Shown piece after piece: positions 63,135 through 64,000 of a stretch of DNA of 64,000 nt. This DNA comes from a virus (taxonomy: Duplodnaviria > Heunggongvirae > Uroviricota > Caudoviricetes). The stretch lies in IMG/VR virus record IMGVR_UViG_3300046499_000850. The stretch is one strand, 5' to 3'. The notes under the pieces are model-generated. The model worked only from the letters and a program-made list of their open reading frames with translations, was not told the origin of the DNA and made no database searches. Position 1 is the first letter of the stretch; every line of letters begins with the position of its first letter. A program made the position numbers and the translations under genes.

Positions 63135-64000
63135 ATGCCATTAACCAAACCCACCTTCGCCAAAACCACGGCGTCGCAGGAACTGCTGGGCATTTCACTC
63201 GGTATGCCGCCGGTCTCACTTCAGATCGCTGAGAATCCCAAGAAGTTGGTTTTCTCGCCTGGGTTCGAAAAGCTCTACCCGAAAGCCCGTCTGGAGAAAG
63301 ATGTGTTCGATGTCCGGGTGATGGTGCAAAACGCCACCAAGTTCGTCTGGCCGGTGCTCAACCTTAACCTGCATCACAGCTTTGACAACGCCAGTAACGA
63401 AGAATACTGGCAAGCCTTTGAGAAGGTCGAAGGGAATTTTAAGGATTGGCGGAATATGGTCAAGTCCCTCAATTCGTTCATGCTGCTGCCGGTTGATACG
63501 CTGGTGATCGAGAACTCCACCGGGGCGTACTTGATTTACATCGACCCACGCTGGCCAGACGGTTACACGGTGCGTATCATCTCGTTCGCTATTACGGCGT
63601 GCTATCTGCTACCGACCGTTTACGTCATCTACCCCAAGGAGTTCGATGCCAAGGGCTACATGGTGGTGCGGAGTTACAACGTCATGTCTGATCCCGATAA
63701 CCCCCAAGAGATGGACACCGCAGAGGACATGGCCAACAAAGACTATTCTGGTAGCATGGTGTACCGCACTGGTTTCTTGGCCATGAAAGACATCACCGAA
63801 GGGTTGGCTGTCCTCAGCACCGCGAACCTCGATGCACACATGTATCTTCTCAGTCGCAAAGAAGCCTCAAAGATCCCACAAGTCTTGCGCAGCAACTACG
63901 CTTACCACGTGGTGGACCTGTATCGGTTGGCCAATGAAGTCACGTCACTCGATGGGTTGATGAACCTCATGAACATGACCAACCTCGACTACGTGGCGAA
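63135..64000 (+). CDS. hypothetical protein, 3'-truncated by window end (more than 288 aa)
   Basis: RBS ccaaggaaatcatcacg-ATG; open to end of window. Confidence 0.55.
   Translation, partial: MPLTKPTFAKTTASQELLGISLGMPPVSLQIAENPKKLVFSPGFEKLYPKARLEKDVFDVRVMVQNATKFVWPVLNLNLHHSFDNASNEEYWQAFEKVEGNFKDWRNMVKSLNSFMLLPVDTLVIENSTGAYLIYIDPRWPDGYTVRIISFAITACYLLPTVYVIYPKEFDAKGYMVVRSYNVMSDPDNPQEMDTAEDMANKDYSGSMVYRTGFLAMKDITEGLAVLSTANLDAHMYLLSRKEASKIPQVLRSNYAYHVVDLYRLANEVTSLDGLMNLMNMTNLDYVA

Noticed and set aside
1-64000. CRISPR array, integrase/att sites or transposase
   Set aside because: No regularly spaced direct repeats were found, and no recombinase-like ORFs. The only mobile element recognised is the GIY-YIG homing endonuclease.

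Overview
This 64-kb window looks like part of a large lytic bacteriophage genome; that reading is an inference from the gene content. Almost every gene is on the + strand and the coding density is high. Genes have Shine-Dalgarno sites and sigma70-like TATAAT boxes, and the thyA gene is enterobacterial-like, which points to a bacterial, probably proteobacterial, host. About 105 CDSs are called.

Recognisable modules:
- dNTP synthesis: tmk, an insertion-bearing thyA, an nrdB-like ribonucleotide reductase small subunit, folA, and a dcd carrying an N-terminal insertion.
- NAD+ salvage: a NadV/NAMPT phosphoribosyltransferase and a NadM-type NMNAT-Nudix protein. Nearby are a DUF4326-NADAR protein and a DHH/DHHA1 phosphoesterase.
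- tRNA and RNA repair: an RtcB ligase, an HD-type CCA-adding enzyme, a HAD phosphatase, and a small KxDG nucleotidyltransferase.
- Other calls: a GIY-YIG homing endonuclease in a low-GC island, two tandem AAA+ ATPase paralogues, an HslV/proteasome-beta-like Ntn hydrolase, an SPFH/prohibitin protein, a bL12 C-terminal-domain-like protein, an SNase-like nuclease (the only minus-strand gene), and many small hypothetical or membrane proteins, including several paralogue families.

The most unusual region is a dense tRNA-like array at 34.58-35.62 kb. Only a few units fold as canonical tRNAs: Gln-UUG here, plus Thr-UGU at 36.63 kb and Leu-UAA and Leu-CAA at 39.15-39.32 kb. In at least three places a 5' tRNA half pairs perfectly, in both the acceptor and anticodon stems, with a 3' half lying 75-95 nt downstream. 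The intervening sequence carries the reciprocal halves, giving a nested or permuted, split-tRNA-like architecture.

Other notable features are a roughly 1-kb structured non-coding region (36.93-37.97 kb) with a tRNA-like T-arm, a tag-like mini-ORF and an 18-bp perfect inverted repeat, and a 600-nt non-coding region at 33.3-33.9 kb. A phage promoter-like consensus TATAATCAACAA(C) recurs at least 15 times immediately upstream of genes. Three terminators share the family stem CTCCCGCTACC...GGTAGCGGGAG.

All functional calls rest on motif recognition by eye. No database search was possible.
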